From an uncultured Gemmatimonadota bacterium (GTDB taxonomy: Bacteria; Blakebacterota; Blakebacteria; Blakebacterales; Blakebacteraceae): a stretch of DNA of 64,000 bases. This document shows, one piece after another, positions 61,384 through 64,000 of this stretch (the first letter of the stretch is position 1; each line of letters opens with the position of its first letter). The notes under the pieces are model-generated. The model did no database searches. It was not told the DNA's origin and was given only the letters and a program-made list of their open reading frames with translations. Location of the stretch: NCBI GenBank assembly GCA_964576115.1, contig CAZNUA010000006.1:1-64000 (forward strand), written 5' to 3'. Position numbers and translations under genes: made by a program.

Positions 61384-61413
61384 TTGACTGATGTATATGT
61401 GTACTATATACAT
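61384..61413 (+). promoter_or_regulatory. brnTA promoter with palindromic operator
   Basis: TTGACT-N17-TATACA, with the inverted repeat ATGTATAT-N7-ATATACAT at 61391-61413. Confidence 0.65.
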
Positions 61414-61418
61414 AAAAC

Positions 61419-61736
61419 ATGTCCGAGATCCTCAACAGGCTGGCTGCATGTACCGGTTTTCAATGGAATGCCGGTAATGAAGGGAAGAACTGGGAGCAGC
61501 ATCGGGTCAGCCGCGGGGAATGCGAACAGGTCTTTTTCAACCGCCCGATACGGGTGGCGGATGATCGAAAGCACTCGACGCCGGATGAGCGTCGCTACGC
61601 GGCTATGGGCCAGACCAGTTCAGGGCGTCTGCTGACCCTGGTCTTTACCATCCGGGATGACCGGATCAGGATCATCTCGGCCCGTCCCATGAGCCAGCGG
61701 GAACGGAGTCTGTATGAGTCCGAAGAAACCGGATAG
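61419..61736 (+). CDS. brnT: Type II TA toxin, BrnT family
   Basis: FQWNAGNEGKNWEQHRVS...EQVF...ERRY...FTIRDDRIRIISARPM. Confidence 0.92.
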   Translation: MSEILNRLAACTGFQWNAGNEGKNWEQHRVSRGECEQVFFNRPIRVADDRKHSTPDERRYAAMGQTSSGRLLTLVFTIRDDRIRIISARPMSQRERSLYESEETG

Positions 61737-62037
61737 AGAGCCCCTGCCCCCCTTCGAGAACGAAGGCGAGGAACAGCAGTTCTGGGCCGTTCATGATGTA
61801 GTTGATTATTTCGACTGGGAGAAAGCCGAAGAGGGTTCTTTCCCGGCCCTGAAACCATCGACGGCAACGATCTCGCTCCGCCTGCCCGAAGCCATGCTGG
61901 AGGAACTCAAGGTCCTGGCCGCCGAACAGGACATCCCCTATCAGTCACTGATCAAAATGTACCTGGCCGAACGTATCGCACGCGAACGCGAGCAGCGCTA
62001 CCGCGCCCGCGGTTCCTACCTGATCAGGGAGAGCTGA
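61714..62037 (+). CDS. brnA: Type II TA antitoxin, BrnA/CopG (RHH) family
   Basis: PPFENEGEEQQFW...HD...ISLRLP...LKVLA...IPYQSLIKMYL. Confidence 0.88.
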   Translation: MSPKKPDREPLPPFENEGEEQQFWAVHDVVDYFDWEKAEEGSFPALKPSTATISLRLPEAMLEELKVLAAEQDIPYQSLIKMYLAERIAREREQRYRARGSYLIRES

Positions 62038-62090
62038 AACCCGGTCTTCCATGCTGTTGTTCGCAGAGAACGAACGAGCTGGGTATCGTA

Positions 62091-62882
62091 TCATTCCGGG
62101 AACCGGAATCCGGCCACCGCCGGTTCGATACGATACAGGACGACATTGATGTCCCATGTTTCTGTGTCTTCCTGCAGGGCGATGAAGTGCCCCCGGGAAA
62201 AGGAACCAGGAGCCGGCACCTTCGTGATACCCAGATATTCTCCCTCGGGGCTGAATACCCGGAACAGCCCTTTGTTGGCTCCGGATCTATCCGGATCAAA
62301 GAAGTTGAAAGTATCATATGGTAACGAAGCCCAGAGATACCCGTTCTCATCAACCATCAGTTCATCCCAGAAGGCTTTCGGATCACAGAACACATCGTGA
62401 TCGAGCGCCACCCTGGCCCTGGCCCTCCACCTCTCGGAAGGGGCCTCGTCCGCCATCAACCGAAGAGCAGCCCTGACGGTCCGGCGCTCCTGACGGCTGA
62501 CCGGCTCCGGTGGAATTCCGGCTTCGATGATCTGGACGATGCGACCCGAATAGTCACGAACGGTGATGGTCGATTCGATCCCGGTCGTCGTATAGATCCC
62601 CCGTTCGGGATGGATTGCGACGCTCGGTGAACCATTGAACACACGCCAGATGATGTACCCGCGTTCGGAAACATACGGCCCCTGTACGGGTCCGATCTCG
62701 ACGGTGTTCAGGGTATCCAGTTCGTCGCCGATGATGGTCACCAGCAGCGATTCGTCCCTGTGATTCTCGACAGTCCGCAAGGTCGGAAAAGGGATGAGCA
62801 GGAATCCCCCGTCAGGTCTGGGCCAGGCGTACTGGAATCGTCGCGCGGCATGGAGAGTGATCGTTTCGATCAGGCTGCCGTC
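62091..62882 (-). CDS. C-terminal part of a beta-propeller family protein (5' end lost in the gap)
   Basis: KAFWDELMVDENGYLW...FRVFSPEGEYLG closely resembles the C-terminus of 6794-8047. Confidence 0.7.
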   Translation of the reverse strand, partial: DGSLIETITLHAARRFQYAWPRPDGGFLLIPFPTLRTVENHRDESLLVTIIGDELDTLNTVEIGPVQGPYVSERGYIIWRVFNGSPSVAIHPERGIYTTTGIESTITVRDYSGRIVQIIEAGIPPEPVSRQERRTVRAALRLMADEAPSERWRARARVALDHDVFCDPKAFWDELMVDENGYLWASLPYDTFNFFDPDRSGANKGLFRVFSPEGEYLGITKVPAPGSFSRGHFIALQEDTETWDINVVLYRIEPAVAGFRFPE

Positions 62883-62982
62883 NNNNNNNNNNNNNNNNNN
62901 NNNNNNNNNNNNNNNNNNNNNNNNNNNNNNNNNNNNNNNNNNNNNNNNNNNNNNNNNNNNNNNNNNNNNNNNNNNNNNNNNN
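62883..62982. other. Assembly/scaffold gap (100 N)
   Basis: A run of exactly 100 N, the conventional placeholder for a gap of unknown length. Confidence 0.95.
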
Positions 62983-63623
62983 CCGAACTGTTCGGAGCGG
63001 AAGGGGTTGATTCGGCCCCGCCCGAACCAGGGCATGTCGAGCTCGAGATCGCGTATCTGCTCGCCGGAAGGCGAGAAGACAAGCATCCGGGGCTGGTACC
63101 CGTAGATGAAGGCGAAATTCCCGTCGGGCCGGCGGTACAGGCCACCGCCGTTCATGGTGATCTGCAGCATGCGGGGTCGGCCGTATCTTTCCATAGGATC
63201 GAATTCCCCGAAGATCCCAAGCACCTCACCGCGGGCGTTGAAATGGGCGAAGAGCCCCTCTCCGAAGTGAGACATCGGGACGTCATTGGTCCAGAACGTG
63301 CCGTCTTCTTCCCAGAGCGGATGGATGCTCCAGACGAAGACAGCCATGGTTCGCTGGTCAACGTATTCGAGCCCCGGCAGGGTGTAACGTATGTATCGCG
63401 GACCGTTCTGTACGATCAGATAACGGTCGGCATACGGCTCGATCAGGACCGCATGTCCGAAATACATCTCCTCTCCCTCGGGGGTGACGAAACGGTACGG
63501 GCGGTACTCACCTTCGCACTCTGTCTGAGCCGTGACGATAACAGGAGCGCAGAACAGAAGGAGCAGCGGGAAGATCAGTGACAGGATCCCGGAAAACCGG
63601 CAACGCAACCTCGTTGATTCCAT
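62983..63623 (-). CDS. N-terminal part of a secreted protein, probably beta-propeller-like (3' end lost in the gap)
   Basis: Start MESTR follows GGGAG. It has a signal peptide (VTA-Q) and the motifs AHFNARGEVLGIFG and LVFSPSGEQIR. Confidence 0.6.
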
Positions 63624-63705
63624 ATCCGAACTCCCGCGCTGGCGATAAGCGGAGCAACGGTCTGTTGTTCTCCGGACGAACCGGCCGGCGGGATGTTCAG
63701 ACCGA

Positions 63706-64000
63706 TTACCGTCCCGGCCGGACCGGCTGGATCCAGGCGCGTTCCACTTCTCCGGGGGTGTTGGGTAACGGATGCGGTTTCGAAGACAGGATTGTGGCCC
63801 GCACGTAGAGTTCATCGCCCGAGAACCGGTAGACGGCCGGATTGGCCGAGGTTTCGAGCAATACGACCGGTTCGGGCAGGCCGTCTTCGGCCGGCCGGGC
63901 GCCGATGAAGCGCACCGTATACGCGATCCCGGCCTCTTCGGCAACCCGGAGGGTCACTTTCCGGCCGGTCACCTGCAGATCCTCGAGCAGGACTCCCGTT
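63706..64000 (-). CDS. C-terminal fragment of a gene starting beyond the window (possibly PHP/histidinol-phosphatase-like)
   Basis: The frame is open to the window edge. The C-terminus YRFSGDELYVRATI...AWIQPV resembles the termini of secreted PHP-domain metallohydrolases. Confidence 0.5.
   Translation of the reverse strand, partial: TGVLLEDLQVTGRKVTLRVAEEAGIAYTVRFIGARPAEDGLPEPVVLLETSANPAVYRFSGDELYVRATILSSKPHPLPNTPGEVERAWIQPVRPGR

Noticed and set aside
55664-62090. Integron cassette array or prophage/IS island
   Set aside because: By eye I found no integrase or transposase and no repeated attC-like sites or terminal repeats in the spacers. A computational search would be needed to exclude them fully.
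62091-63944. A single 617 aa protein spanning the N run
   Set aside because: The continuity is an artefact of a 100-N placeholder gap. The two sides probably belong to different genes, and the 5' extension overlaps another CDS.

Overview
This is a GC-rich bacterial scaffold segment with a 100-N gap at 62883-62982. A GWxTD protein, many 6-bladed beta-propeller proteins and MsbA/GT9/TolC suggest a diderm organism, possibly FCB-group, but taxonomy is not established. The core is a ~36 kb minus-strand run: holA-tatC-polyprenyl synthase-msbA-like ABC-GT9-GT4-GT2-meaB-B12 acyl-CoA mutase (large and small subunits)-rel-pgeF-uppP-NSS transporter+MetS-hrcA-grpE-dnaJ-prmA-rsmE-yqeY-mutS2-dnaG-rpoD-tolC-hydrolase-DUF4097-propeller-GWxTD. 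Accessory regions on both sides carry secreted hydrolases, an expanded beta-propeller family, a TPR-CxxC protein and two type II TA modules (HicAB, BrnTA). The top finding is a secreted FG-GAP/VCBS-repeat gene (2265-3590) interrupted by one in-frame TGA and followed by a bacterial-SECIS-like hairpin, making it a candidate extracytoplasmic selenoprotein. Other findings are a perfect CIRCE ahead of a dnaK-less hrcA operon, isobutyryl-CoA mutase signature residues, an atypical transketolase, a double-GWxTD protein, probable leaderless transcripts and a frameshifted propeller pseudogene. No rRNA, tRNA, CRISPR array, integrase or transposase was seen. All family calls come from motif recognition by eye, not from database searches.
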